From contig CM069137.1 in NCBI GenBank assembly GCA_035221665.1, positions 54,250,001-54,314,000 on the forward strand: 64,000 nt of DNA. Reading direction: 5' to 3'. Both the position numbers and the translations under genes were made by a program. Under the pieces are notes generated by a model that saw only the letters and a program-made list of their open reading frames with translations, was not told the DNA's origin and ran no database searches. Origin of the DNA: Okamejei kenojei (lineage: Eukaryota). Below are positions 1 to 13,398 of the stretch, one piece after another (position 1 is the first letter of the stretch; each line of letters begins with the position of its first letter).

Positions 1-1647
1 TGTGATCTTCATGAATGGCCACTGAATAGTAAGCATCTTTGAGGTCAATGCTCGCCATGTAACATCCCTTGGAAAGCAGTTGTTGACAGTGACAAAGGTT
101 TCCATTTTAAAGTGTTTATATTGCACAAAGGTGTTAAGCTCTGTCAAATCAAAGATAATTTGACATCCTCCATCCTTCTTTTGCCTAGTAAATATGTTGG
201 ACACAAACTGGTGAGACTCACGACTCGACCTCTCAATTACCCCTTTCTTGAACAAAGAGTCAAGTTCTCTTTGTGCACATACATCCTGTTGTGAAAACAC
301 AAAAGTGCGACCAGGTGTATGCTGAGTGGGTGGAGGCAAGTCAGAAATGAACTCAATTTGGAAACCTTGTATACTGTGCAGTATAAACGGGTCAGATGTT
401 ATCCAATGCCATTCATGTAAGAAAAATTGCAATCTTCCCCCAACTTGTAATTGATCCATCACAGGCTCACTTACCTTAATGGTTACCTGTGGTAAGATCT
501 CTGCTTCTGCCCCCGAGGTCTGGGGGGGGGAGAGCTGTTGGAGGGCGCCGCATCTTGAACATGGCCCGGCTTGGGCCCTGCCCTAAAAAAGGCCTCTGTG
601 CTTGTTGCTCGGCACCACGTCCACCACATCCGGTGAACCATCTGGTATGGAGAGGAGGGTAGAGGTACAGTCTCCGGAAAGATGATACCTTTGGAGGTGC
701 CTTCATGAGGCCAACAGTTTTGCCTCCTCGTCCAGCTCTTTTACCTGTTTAGACAGGTCTTCTCCGAACAGGAGGTTTGGGGTTGCACATTCCCCGGCTT
801 GCACAGCCCAGCAAATTTAGGGTTTAGAGCAGGATGGATGGCATTTTTCCTCAGACAATTAATTTCAAAATGTGCATTGCACATTAATGCCATCGTGTCC
901 TGCTGAGTATCAGAGAGGGCCCCCCCCCCCCCATCCACTGACCTGGCAAAGGCCGTGATGTCCAAGGCAAGTAGCCTGAGGATTCTTGGAATTTTAACCT
1001 CTTGGGCTCTAATGCCCTCTCCAATGTGTCCCCAAATGGATTGGTTTACAACCAGGACACTTAGTGAGGCACAGTTTAGTGGAGTATGATACTTGGCAGT
1101 TGTCTCCTCCATCGTTTGGTCTTGGAGTTATGGAATAACCTCTCCACTAGGTTCTCCATGTGGGCCAGCCTGCCAATAACGCTGCCCATAGAAGGAATTT
1201 TCCACGTCCTGGCCTGACTTATCTGAGTCCAGGGCCCTCACGGACTTTCTAGTGACTTTTCTCCCCCGTGGAGTAGCCAAGGTGCTTTCTGGCAGCACCA
1301 GGTCTGTAGCTGCTGGCTGCTCTGCCAGCGGCCCTGAAGGCGAATTTGGCAGCTGCCCGCTGCCCGCAGTCCCGCTGTCTTCCACAGCCGGTTTTGTCGT
1401 GGCTTGCCTCTTTACTTTAGACATGGTCTCCCGAAGTCCGATGCTGAAACGGTAAGCCAAAAACACTCCGGACCGGAAGTAACAACCTCAGCTAAGTTAT
1501 AAACATTTACCTGAGCCTTTAAACTTACCTGCTGGAGGGAGCAACATGCCCACCAGTCAGTCGTTGCACAATGCATCAGACGTAATGACGCGCATGCGTG
1601 GGGACGTCCTTCTTCACGTAGTCACTCACAGGACTCCGAAGTAAAAT
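1..1647 (-). mobile_element. Degenerate DIRS-type (tyrosine-recombinase) retrotransposon, 5' part: terminal repeat, gag-like ORF fragments and start of RT
   Basis: Minus-strand translation of ~1-230 gives HQFVSNIFTRQKKDGGCQIIFDLTELNTFVQYKHFKMETF, then a frameshift, then YMASIDLKDAYYSVAIHEDH (DIRS1-like RT motifs). Minus ORFs 1128-1466, 741-1112 and 476-706 look like a broken gag-like ORF. The GC/CpG-rich segment ends abruptly at ~1647. The element continues off the left edge. Confidence 0.8.
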
Positions 1648-1929
1648 TGGAACTTGATTTTGTTGTTTCAAGTTAGATTTGGTGAATGCAGGCAAGCCCA
1701 GAGGACCAAGAGCTACAAACACTGTCTTCCATCAGTGAGCAGCAGATTGTGGGTGGTGCTTCTTGTGGGTAGGGTTTGGGTTTGTGGGTGTCATTGTGAA
1801 TGGTGGTCACAACTGGGTTCACAGCCTTTTACGAGACTCTGTTAAGGGGAATGGAGCTCAATGTATAACAACATCAACGGAAGTCCATAATTTTTTTACC
1901 ATCTTAGGTGGCTTTGCGTTTTTAAGGTA

Positions 1930-4900
1930 CCTTCGCTTAGATACCTTAACATCACTTTTTTTTAAATTCACTATCAAGATTCTTATTTGTTTAATTTTCT
2001 TTTAATTAACTTCACATCACATTTGTTCTTTTTTTTTCTTATTAAGGTATTACACAGGAGGGAGATGTAATATAAATTTAAAAGTTCGAGTCGTCCACCC
2101 AGCACCCAGAGTTCTGAGGTATTGGGTTGCACCATGTGAGTCAAAAACACCAAACTGATATAAAATGCAAGACGATAGACAAATAAAGAATGGTGGAATT
2201 ACATTCTGCAGTTGGAATATAAGGGGTACCAATGAACCAATTAAGAGGGATAACATTTTTGCCCAATTAAAATCATTACATTCTGACATCATGTTTTTGC
2301 AGGAAACACACATGAAACAACAAACACAGATGAGATTGAAGGCAAACTCGATAGGTCGATAGATACTATTCTTCATTTACTTCTAAAGCTAGAGGTACTG
2401 CTATAATTATTCGGAAAGGTATACCATTTAAATTAAAGAATACTATTTCAGATAAAGAGGGAAGGTATATTATAGTTTTGGGAGAAATTAATTCAACCCC
2501 ACTGACTATGATAAATATCTACGCTCCCATTGACAACCCCCAATTTTAAAATAAAATTATAGATATAATATCAGAGTTTAATTACCAAAATGTAATAATA
2601 GGGGGGGACTTCAATTGTGTTTTAGAACCATATTTAGACAAATCAGTAAAACAAAGGAGGGGTAACTTAAAATCTAAGACTAGTGAACTTCTAAATACAT
2701 ATATAAAAAATACTAATATAATAGATGTATGGAGAACTGCTAATCCAACTAGAAGGGAATATTCGTTTTACTCGTTGGTACATAAAACATATTCACAAAT
2801 TGATTATTTTTTAGTGGATACAAAATTAATTCCATATACAACTAATCCTTCATATCACACCAGTATTATTTCCGATCATTCTCCGTTGACTTTTCTATTA
2901 AAATTTGAGGGAATGCCGGGTAAAAAATCTTTCTGGAGTGTTAACACACAAATTTTAAATGACCCACAAGGTTATAAATATTTAAAACAACAAATGAAAT
3001 TTGTTTTGAGACCTTCTTTACTATGGGCATTTATTTCAAGGCATTTATTAGAGGAGTTATAATCTCATATCAAATTTTTCAAAATAAAAAGAATAAGTGA
3101 GAACAACAGATGCTAGAACAAGAAATTAGACAATTAGAGTTAGATAATGTCAAAGATCCAACTACAGATAAACATAATAAGATAATACTACTGAAATTTA
3201 AACTTAATCGAATTTTATCGGCAAGAGTAATAAGATTATTCCAAATCACAAAACAGGAACATTTCGAATTTGGTGACAAGCCACATCAACTCTTAGCTCG
3301 TCAATTGAAAAAACAAGAAAAGGAAAATACTATCACTAAAATTAAATCAGAGAAAGGTGAATTACTAACATTACCTAAGGATATTAACAATAGATTTGCT
3401 CAATTTTATCAAAATTTGTATACATCTAAAACTAAAATAGAAGACAGCAAAATTATAAATGTTTTAGATAACTGTAATCTTCCAAAACTTGACCTTTCGG
3501 AACAAGAGGAATTAGGAGCTCAGATTACACTTGAAGAAATAGGTGAAACAGTAAAATCGTTGAAAAATGGAAAGATGCCTGGACCAGATGGTTTTAGTAA
3601 TGAATTTTATAAAAGATTTCACGAGATAACGACTCCACGCTTACTTAATTTATATACTCATGCCTTTAAAGAAAATAAATTACCAGAAACATTAGCTGAA
3701 TCAACTATTACGCTTATACCAAAAAATATAACAATTTAGATGAACCAGGCTCATATAGAGCTATATCACTTTTAAATACAGATCAGAAAATTTTAGCAAT
3801 GACCTTAGCAAGAAGATTGAGTAAATATATTAGTAAATTGATAAATCCTGATCAAACGGGGTTTATACCCAAAAGACATTCATTTAATAATTTGAGACGC
3901 CTGTTTAATATAATGTACTCACATAAAATGGAGGAAGAAGGTATATCAATTGTTTCTCTGGATGCAGAGAAAGCATTTGATCAGGTAGTGTGGCAGTATT
4001 TATATAAAGTACTGCAAAAATTTAATATGGGAGAGAATTTTATTGTATGGGTAAAATTACTATATGATAAACCGATGGCAAGAATATTAACCAATAATAT
4101 GTTACCTCAAAAATTTCAATTATTGAGGGGCAATAGGCAGGGATGTGCTTTATCACCTCTGCTATTTGCCCTTATGATAGAGTCCCTGGTTGAAAGTATA
4201 AGAAGTCATTTGAATATTCAGGGATATAATACTAGGGACTCAAATAATAAAATGTCATTATATGCAGATGATATACTTTTATATATTACAAACTCACAAA
4301 CGAGCATACCAAACTCATTAAATTTAATAGAGGAATTCTTTTTTTTTTCTGGATACAGAATAAATTGTAATAAAAGTGAAATCATGACGTTAAAACCTCA
4401 AGAATCTACACACCTATTAAAATTCCCCTTTAAAATTGCAACAGAAAAATTTAAGTATTTGGGTATTCAAATTACCAGAAAATACAAAGCATTATTTAAT
4501 GTTAATTTTATGCCTTTATTTAATAAACTCAACACGTCGATTAAATTCTGGAAAACACTTCCATTATCGTTAATGGGAATTAAAAGGATCGGTGGTATGT
4601 ATGAAATGGGAAATCTGTTATCACTCCAACAATTACAATTAAAATTTAAACTGAAAAATAACCAATATTTTAAATATCTTCAGATCTGCGATTTCATGAA
4701 GATATACATACAAAGATATCAAAACGTAACTTCAGATCCACTGGATGAAGCAATTAACATTAAGGCTGACTCAGAAATTAACATCATATTTATATAATAG
4801 TATTTTAAATATAGATTTACCATCGACAGAGGCACTTAGAGAAGAGCGGGAATGAGAATTAATGATAAAAATTACGAAGGAAACATGGTATTTGATATAT

Positions 4901-5735
4901 ATACACAAATGTTCGATTAATGTAAGACATAATTTAATTCAATTTAAAATTTTACATAGATTATATTACTCAAAAACTAGATTGAAAAAAATTCTATCCA
5001 AATACTTCCCCCATTTGTAATAAATGTCTATCCCAAAATGTAACTATAACACACTCTTTTGTCTCCTGCAAAAAACTTTATAAATTCTGGAGTGATATTT
5101 TTGAAATATTTACAAATTTATTTAAGATAAAAATGGAACCTAATACTGAAATTATTATATTTGGAGTAATGGAAGATGGGAATAAATTGAACTCATCTCA
5201 AAATTTATTTTTTAATTGTGGGTTAATAACGGCAAGAAAAACGTATACTTAACTTTTAGAAAAGTACAGCCATACCAACGCTTAAAATGTGGATTTCAAA
5301 CATGTTGGACACTGCACATCTTGAGGAAATGCAATTTCCCCTAATAGATAAATCAGACCAATTTTTAACGAGTTGGTCTCCATTTGTCGATTTTTTGGAA
5401 GCATATGGTGCAACAAAATCATAGAAGCTAACTGTTTCAGGATTGGGTGAGGGATGGTCAAGAATATAGATAACTATCTCCTTAATCTCTTTATCTTTCT
5501 TTTTTCTTTTTCTGACTCAACTTTCTTCTTTCACACTTTTTTCTTTCTCACACACTATATATCACATGTTTCTCTATCATTTAGTATCTATTCTCTCTTT
5601 TTCTTTTTCATTATTTTAAAAGAATGAAAAGAGGAAGCTGTACATAAAATGTAAAATGTCAATATATATTAGGCACCTTGGAGCCATATTCCTGTACTTC
5701 TAATAAAATTTAAAAAAAACCCCAAAAAAAAAAAC
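1930..5735 (+). mobile_element. 5'-truncated, decayed L1-clade LINE (ORF2 endonuclease + RT + 3' UTR + poly(A))
   Basis: APE endonuclease motifs (SWNIRG...FLQETH; YSQIDYFL...SDHSP) and RT motifs (PGPDG, DQTGF, SLDAEKAFD, GNRQGCALSPLLF, LYADD, FKYLG) are spread over frameshifted ORFs 2165-4797. A Cys/His knuckle remnant lies at ~5015-5070. AATAAA at ~5702 is followed by an A-rich tail to ~5735. The 5' boundary is approximate. Confidence 0.9.
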
Positions 5736-5899
5736 CCAATTGGATCCCCACTGTATGATAGGAGTTCCCGAGAGTAGCACAATCTCAAAGGGTCATACTG
5801 TGCCTTGGAAACAAGGGTGTTGCAATAAATTATAATAAGCGAGAGAGGAAAAAGATAATATAACACAGGTAAATGAAATGTGCCCATTTATTGAATGTA

Positions 5900-6612
5900 C
5901 TACAATCCTCAGAATAAATAGAAATGGGAACTGTTTTTCAAATGGGGAGAGATTGAAAGATACTGTTGTTCATTTGGACAAGAATCTTGAACAAGAATCT
6001 TGTAAGTTAACATGCAGCTGCAGCAGAAATAAAAAATACAAACGATATATTGACCTTTGTGACAGGAGAATTTGAGTAGTGGCTCACTGCAATCATATGG
6101 AGCTCTAGTGAGACCACATCTGCAATACTGTGTACAAATGGTATCCCAACCCAGGGAAAGATGCACTTGACACAGAGGGAATGTAGTGAAGTTTCACAGA
6201 TTGATTTCTAGGATGGAGAGGGGTGTTATCCTGTGAGGAGACATTAGGTTGGTTGGGCCTGTACCCTGCAGAGTTTAAAGGAAGGAGAGGATATCATGTT
6301 GAAACATACAAAATTCTTATAGCACTTGAGAGGGCAGAGATAGTGATGTCCTGGGGTGATTAGAACCAACGGTATAGTCTCAAAATAAAATGTCGTCCAT
6401 GCATAACAGAGATAACAAGAAATCGCCGTGCAGAGTGGTGAATCTTTGGTAAAACTGTTATTAAAAGAGTTAAGACAGAAAATGACTAGGGGATCAAAAT
6501 ATATGTGATTGCAAAAATATATAGGATCGTAGAGTTGATGTGTTAGATCAGCCATGGTCTCACTGAATGATGGTGCAGACTCGAGATCTAAATGGCCCAA
6601 TCTTGCTTCTAT
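5900..6612 (+). mobile_element. Old CR1-like (HER1-type) LINE 3' fragment
   Basis: Degenerate LVRPHLQYCVQ-type coding segment (~6105-6140) followed by the CR1-like 3' UTR (gatcagccatg...aatggccc...ttgcttct) shared with better copies at 59330-60016 and 62655-63270. Confidence 0.7.
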
Positions 6613-6694
6613 TTAAGCACTGTAATAGTTTCCCAATGGACATTACTTTATATGGAGTTAGTATTCCTATTTACCACAGAGCAAAATTCACCAC

Positions 6695-6980
6695 GGGCGG
6701 CACAGTGGCACAGTTGCTGCCATACAGCGTTAGAGACCCAGGTTCGATCCTGACCTCGGGTGCTGTCTGTACTGTTTGTACATTCTGCCTGTGACCACTA
6801 GGGTTTCCTCCGGGTGACCCGGTTTCCTCCCACACTCCAAACACGTGCAGATTTGTTGGTTAATTGGCTTCTGTGATTTGTCCCTTGTGTGTCGGATAGA
6901 ACTATTGCATGGGTGATCAGTGGTCAGAGCGGAGTCCGTGGAACGAAGGGCTGCTTCCACGCTGTATCACCAAAATTAAA
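6695..6980 (+). mobile_element. tRNA-derived SINE (HE1/V-SINE-like)
   Basis: Head GGCGGCACAGTGGCACAG...GGTTCGATCC (Pol III A/B-box-like), central GGTTTCCTCCCACACTCCAAA...GGTTAATTGGC domain, and CR1-like tail GAAGGGCTGCTTCCACGCTGTATC. Confidence 0.8.
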
Positions 6981-7669
6981 TATCTCCATAGCCTTACTAG
7001 GCTATAGGTTTCCTATGGTGATCGACAAATGAAAGTAACTCTGTACCATAGTATTGGTAGTGGTTCATGGCATTAGTAATAGCTGCAGAATCCAGAACCT
7101 TGCCCCATCTGTGGAATTCATTGCCACCAAAAGCTGTGGAAGCCAAGTCAATGGATATTTTTAAGGTGGAAATTGACAAGATTCTTGATTAGTATGGGTG
7201 TCAGGGGTTATGGGGAGAGGTCAGGGTTATGAGAAGGCAGGAGAATGCGTTTGAGAGTGGAAGATAGATCAGCAAAGATTGAATGTAGACTTGAGGGATC
7301 AAATGGCCTAATTCTGCACCTATAACATGAACTGGATCAGGATCTCGGAGGAGGTGCATACAGTGATGGGTGGGTGCTGGTGGGGCCCACCTGACTCTGG
7401 GACCCTGACGAATAACCCATTTAATTCAAGATTCACATGCATACACTTAAAGTGGCTGCAGGCTAAAGTTGCCAGCATTGATGGGGTGGGTCCCCGAAAA
7501 AGGCTTTGGGGGACCCATTGGGGGGTTCTCGACAGTAAATCGGTGCAGATTAATTACAAAAAAATCCCATTAGTTTAATAAAGTTTGCAAATATATTAAA
7601 TGTATGTGGAAAATGTAATCTTGTTACCCAACATAAATAATTTGTGATTATTTTATTGAGATTAGAGTT

Positions 7670-7898
7670 GTTGGCAGCTGTACAGCTGTCAGCACAACTG
7701 CATGGAGATCACATACTTGTAGCTCATTCTGATTGCTGGCTGGCTGCTCAGGGCCAGCCTACTTCATACTTGGTCTGTCTGAAGCAGAGACGAAGGCTTC
7801 TGCTGCTCTGCTTCCCTCTCCCTGCCCGTTCCTCTGTCAAGGTTCTTGCTCAGAATCAGTGTGCTCAGCACACGAGCTCCACTACAGAAGTGGAAGCC
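7670..7898 (+). promoter_or_regulatory. Putative proximal promoter/5' UTR of the COL6A1-type gene
   Basis: Non-repetitive sequence just upstream of the ATG with no obvious TATA box. It has a pyrimidine-rich stretch at ~7800-7840, an E-box cluster CAGCTG(7675)/CAGCTG(7683)/CAACTG(7695) and a strong Kozak context GAAGCCATGG. The TSS cannot be determined from sequence. Confidence 0.4.
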
Positions 7899-7983
7899 AT
7901 GGCTGTAAAGATATTATTCCTCCTTGTCTCACTCTGTTGCACATGGAACTCTCTCCTCGCACAGAACGGTGTACATTTTTCAG
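7899..7983 (+). CDS. col6a1: Collagen alpha-1(VI) coding exon 1 (signal peptide)
   Basis: GCCATGG start; encodes MAVKILFLLVSLCCTWNSLLAQNGVHFS (hydrophobic signal peptide). Donor CAG|gtaggt, phase 1, joins exon 2 to give D-CPVD. Confidence 0.88.
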
Positions 7984-8426
7984 GTAGGTGCTTGCAATCG
8001 TGTCCTCAAGAAATTCCAGTTGGATTCTGTAGAATGATGATCTGCTTTGTTGTTTATGCATTTGAATGGGTTAACAGTCATCAAATTTATTTCTGCGCTT
8101 CTATTAAAATGTGCAACTTAAAAAGGAGCGTGAGTTCAATTTTTTTTTTAAAGTGAGGACAGTTATTGAAATCTTCTGCCTGGGTCAGTGATTCCCTTTA
8201 CCTTTCCATTACTTATTTGTACCTGTGTTTTCCTCCTATGTTAAACTATCAGCTCTCCGAGAGGTACAAGAAATGGGCAATAGTTGCTTTCCTCTCGAGG
8301 CTCGAGTGTTTCATTTGCAATTTCTAACAAAGCAATTTCACTTTGATTTTGAGGTTTTGATTTTAAAACCTATCTCCTGACATGGTCCAAGTTTCAGGGG
8401 CTTTGATCATCCTGTTCTTTCCACAG

Positions 8427-8556
8427 ATTGCCCTGTCGATATATACTTTGTGTTGGACACATCCGAAAGTGTCGCTTTAAGAAGGCAGCCCTATAAAGAC
8501 CTTGTAGAACTTGCGAAGAAATTCACTATACGTTTCATCCAGAGATTGAACAACTG
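8427..8556 (+). CDS. col6a1: COL6A1 exon 2 (N1 VWA domain, MIDAS DxSxS)
   Basis: ccacag| (D)[42 protein letters not shown](W) |gtaatt; 130 nt; matches human [19 protein letters not shown]. Confidence 0.95.
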
Positions 8557-11500
8557 GTAATTGCTGCAATATTTACTATTACATTCTTCGCTTCTATCTA
8601 TCTGTAGCTGAAACGTTGGAAGGTTTGGTTCACTTGTAGTTTCCCTTGTGCCTGAAGATGGCGATGATAGTCTGGTTAGGATGGTTCCTTTGCCTGAAAC
8701 CTGTTTCTTCACCAAATGTTATCATTTTGTCAAAACTATATACAAATATGTGCCTGTGACTTCTCTCCTTTGCATTTCACTCTAATGTTGAAAGTGTCAG
8801 TAGCAACAGCTTAATTTTCAGTTGCTGGTAAAGTGGAACTGAATGTGCTCCCTGGATACATAGCGGACATTTCAGTTGAGGCCTGATGATTTGCTGCAAG
8901 ATACCACTTGCAGGATAGGTTGTGGCCTGGATTCCACATCATAACATCAAGGTATTACAAACATTAGCTGTGTCCACGGTGCATTTGGAATTTGCATGTA
9001 TGTAGTGTTGTAAAAGTGCTTCTCAGAGATGTATCAAGTAAAACGTGAACTGTTTAAAATAGTCATAAATACTGGCCAAAGAATAGGGGTGAAGAGGATC
9101 TTAAAGGAAGAAAGAGATGTGGGAAGACTGAGGTGGAGTTTGGGGCAGACGGTAATGCCAGTGAGGATGGAACATTGAGTTTGAGTTACGATCAAGTGGG
9201 TGACATTCCTTATTGGATCTCCAAAAGCTCTTTCCACTTCAACAGAAAGTTGTTGGCCTGCAAAACAGTTTAGTGGAAAATGTACCGATTGTCAAAAGAG
9301 CAGATTTTTAATGGTATAAGAGGTTGATTTATATAACATATTTCGCGTTCTCGGGACTGGCCCAGTGTTGTGTAGCTAATGAAACACATTTGGAAAAAAG
9401 TCACCCTTACACTGCACAGAAAGAGGCAGCTCGGTCATTTGGGCCTGTCCCTGTTCTTTGAAAGTGTTTTCCAATTAGTCCCAGTTGCCATGTCCTTTTT
9501 GTATTTTTTGAATATTTCTTGTTCTATTATTGATCCAACTCCTTACTCGGGTTACTCAGACCAGGTCCAGAATATTTTTAGAAAACAATCCAGTTGGATC
9601 CTCACTAAGTTGAAATAAACACTCATTTTCTGTCTGCAAGTATCTTAGCTTCATGGTTTCTGATTGCTGACAGAGAGGCCAGTGGGAAATTTCTACTCTC
9701 TCACTCCATTAAAGCCCTTTGTCATTTGAAACCTCTACTAATCTTGCCATGGTCTTCTCAGCTCTGAGCCAATTCCAGATTCTCTAGACTCCTGACCGAT
9801 GGAAAATCCCCACCTTAATGTAGGAAATAAGGAGATGGTGCAATATTTTATATGATGTCCCCCCCCCCCCCCCCAAAAAAAAGAGCCCAGAGGGCCTATC
9901 ATCAAGAAGGGTAGGGGATTCCCTAGCACTTGTAAGGGTTGGGCCTGCTTAAAATGGTGGAACATACTCCCAATGCAGATGAGGATGTGTTAACAAATCC
10001 TAGAAGCAGACCCCCAGCCTATCTCATCCAAGCCAACAACCAATCATTTGTGCTCATCACCTTTTTCCTCCAATTCCCCACATGCATTTCTCATTAAACT
10101 AAACATTGTGCCAACAGTTTGAAATCTCTTGGAAGTAAAGTGGCATTGCATTTATCTCTCAGTGGGCAAGGTAGCAGCCATTCACACCAGGACCCTGCCC
10201 ATAGGTACCACTGGCAACTGCTGGGTCGATCCGTGCGATGGATTGTGATATCATCCCATGTCTGGCCCTCTGTCTTGCTGCATTCCTAGTTGTTCAAAAG
10301 TGCATGAATGCATATTAAATCTCAATGTGGTCAGCACATATTCTTATTAATCCTAGAGTGTAGAGGCCATAGCCTACTCGCTCTCCTCATGGCTGACCTG
10401 CCATTCCAAGAATCAGTTTGGCAGATCTTCTGTAATGAGTTAATCTTTCATTGCGCAAGATGACCAAAACTTTACACAATGGCATGGCCTTGTATAAATG
10501 CAGTAGGAAATCTTTACTCTTGTACTCAAATCCTCAAACCACATAAAGGCAGCATTCCATTTGCCTTACTCATTGCATGTTAGCTGTAAGTAACGTGTCC
10601 AAGGACACCCACATTCCCCAGAGCATCTACAGTTCCCAATCTTTCACCGTGTGAAAATACTCAACAATGGATTATCGTGCATTTTTCCTCAATGCACTCC
10701 ATCTGGCATGTCATTTCCCACTCACTCAGTTTGTCCATATGCACTTGAAACCTCTCTGCCTTTTTATCAATATTCATATCCTCATTTTAGTTTTGTGCCC
10801 ACCTTAAACTTAAAAATGTCACATTTGCCCCCTCGAACAAATTGTAAATGTGGACTGTGATTGTTTGGACCCGGCATTGATCCCTGTGATTTTCACAGGT
10901 TAGGGCCTGACAATCTAAGATGAGCCTGTTGCTTGTTTCTAACTATTGATCAAGTTTTAATTAGTATAATGCCCCCAATTCCAACCTTGTTCACAAACCC
11001 TTTAAAATTTTCAGTGCACCACATTCACTGGTTCGCCTCCAATCACAAAAGACAAATTATTTTGTTGTTTGTAAAAGTATTATGGCAATCTTTTACTGTC
11101 ACTAGGAGTCCGGACTGGTTAGCACGTAACAAATACTTTTCACTGTACGTTGGTACATGTGACAATAAACTAAACCAAACTCAAACTTGCTTTAGTGTTA
11201 TATGCTTGGCTGAGACCCAGTATTTTCGGCAATTATCCTGTGATAGAAAATGGAATGCTGTTTTGCCCGGTTTAAGTTTCTTCTCATGGTGTGTGCACAG
11301 GAGGGCCTGGTGGGCAATCCATGAGGACTTGCAGTGTGATATCAATGCAAGTCATTGTACTTTATAACTGCAATGATCTTGTGGTGTTCTTACATACTTC
11401 TTGTATGACATAGAAGACGACCATTGCTGTCCCTTGAATCTATACCAGTTGACAGAGCAATTCCACTTCCTTGCCAATTTTCCTTGATACATATTCTCTG

Positions 11501-12329
11501 CACATTCCCAACAATTTCCCAGATTTTACCACTCACCCGCACACAAGGGGCAATTTACGGTGGCCAATTAACCTACCCGCTCACACGATTTTGGAAGGTT
11601 GGAAATGGGAGCACTTGGAGCTAACCCGTGCAGCCCCAAGGAGAACGTGCAGACTTCCCATAGACAGCACCTGAGGTCAGGATTGAATTTTAGTCTCTGG
11701 CACAGTGAGGCATCAGTTCTACATGCGGAGCCACTGTGCGACCCCATAGGAAGTAAGCACAGATCTGAGAGCAGCATTGTGACAAATTGTTGTCATGTTT
11801 TAGCAGTGATCGACGAAGAGGAACAGGCCAATGTAACGGATCCAGATGTTGATGTTATAAACACAATGATGATGGTGTTCACTTTCCATCACACCTCATC
11901 TGTTGCCTGTTGAACTGCGAGATAGCAGAAAGCAACTTAGATGCTGATGACCAAGTGATATGTGGGAAAGGACTCTTGGAATTGATACAATGAATTCTGA
12001 GGGTGGTTCTTTGGTTACATGAATAAATGTGCTGGAAAATCAGTGGAGGAGGCTTTCTTCCATTGTGTCCCAGACTTGGATGGCTGCTTCTGTTGAAGTG
12101 GTCTCCATGGAGAGTACTTTTAAGAAAGGTCATTATATCAGGCACTTTACATTCACCACTCCAATTATGTCATAGAGTCATAAAACTACAGAATGGAAAG
12201 ATATCCTTTGGCTCAACTTGCTCATACTGATCAAGTTGCCTATCCAGACTCATCCCACTGGTTTGCCACTGGCCCCTATTCCTCCCAACCTTTTGTATCC
12301 ATGGACCTGTGGTGTTAGTTTTGTTTGGT

Positions 12330-12600
12330 TTAAAAACACAGCGTGGAAACTGGTCTTTCAACCCACTGAGTCCAGGCTGACTATCTTCCATTCACACTAG
12401 TCCTATGTTATCCCATTTTCACATCCGCACGGGTCAATTTACTGAGGCCAATTAACCTAAAGCTCACATGTCCTTGGGATGTGGAAGGAAACCAGAGAAC
12501 CCAGAAGAAACCCACGCAGTCACAATCATAATGTATAAATTCCACACAGACAGCACCCAAAGTCAGGATCAATGCCAGGGTCTCTGGTGCTGTGAAGCAA
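12330..12600 (-). mobile_element. HE1/V-SINE-like SINE
   Basis: Reverse-complement hallmarks GCCAATTAACCT...GGAAACC...GACAGCACCC...AGGATC. Confidence 0.7.
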
Positions 12601-13194
12601 ATGTGTTATGGGGTCAAACCTGGTTCCTATTTTTTCCCCACTAAAACCAAGAAGGCGAAGGAATTATAGCAAAATAATTTTATCAAGAATATTGTAGTTG
12701 GGGCAATATTAATGTGATTACCAAATTAACATACAACACAAATAAAATCGAGAAATATTTTACCTTTTTACTGAGCACACTAGGATGCCGAGTATAATCT
12801 TCCTAAGGAACAGTTGGAGGGAGAAACCTTGTCAGGGAGAATGGAACAGATTTACGAGAGAAGAGAACCAGCAGGGCTATTTATTGTGAATAACCTCTCA
12901 TATATCCCATCGTCTATTTACCTGGGTGAATTACTCCACGAAGGCAGTTCAATCTTCACCATTTTAAATCACAATAAGCACCACTGTTTAGAGAATGCAA
13001 GGGTGGCTTTGTGCAAAAGAGGGAATTTGTTTGGGATGAGTCAACAGGTCGATGAAGGCTTTCTCATTCCTGGCTTTGTTCAAATGTAATGTCAATCTCA
13101 AGGCTTCTTGAAAGGGGAAGATAAGATAATTGGATCAAGAGAAACGTGTCAGTCAAAACGAATGTGAATAACGGCAGGAGTTTCTGTGTTTCAG

Positions 13195-13398
13195 GTACTA
13201 TCAGTGCGACCAGATACTGGAATGGAATGCTGGCGCACTTCATTACAGTGACGAGGTGAGGAAGATATACTCCCTCAGTCGTATGAACCCGAGAGGACAG
13301 GCGGACATGATCAACAACATCCAGCTGGTGGAATACATCGGCAAAGGCACCCATACAGACTGCGCCATTCGTAAGGGAACAGAAGAACTTCTATTGGG
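13195..13398 (+). CDS. col6a1: COL6A1 exon 3 (N1 VWA)
   Basis: tttcag| [67 protein letters not shown](G) |gtaaga; 204 nt; [12 protein letters not shown] is characteristic of COL6A1. Confidence 0.96.

Noticed and set aside
2165-4797. Functional reverse transcriptase / retron-like system
   Set aside because: Multiple frameshifts, stops and an apparent internal deletion; it is a dead L1-type LINE with no ORF1.
6695-6770. tRNA gene
   Set aside because: The A/B-box-like head continues into a SINE body and tail; no complete cloverleaf. The same applies to the other copies.
7644-8156. 170-aa ORF in the supplied track
   Set aside because: It only overlaps exon 1 in frame. The real start is the Kozak ATG at 7899 and the frame leaves at the donor at 7984; the rest is UTR and intron read-through.
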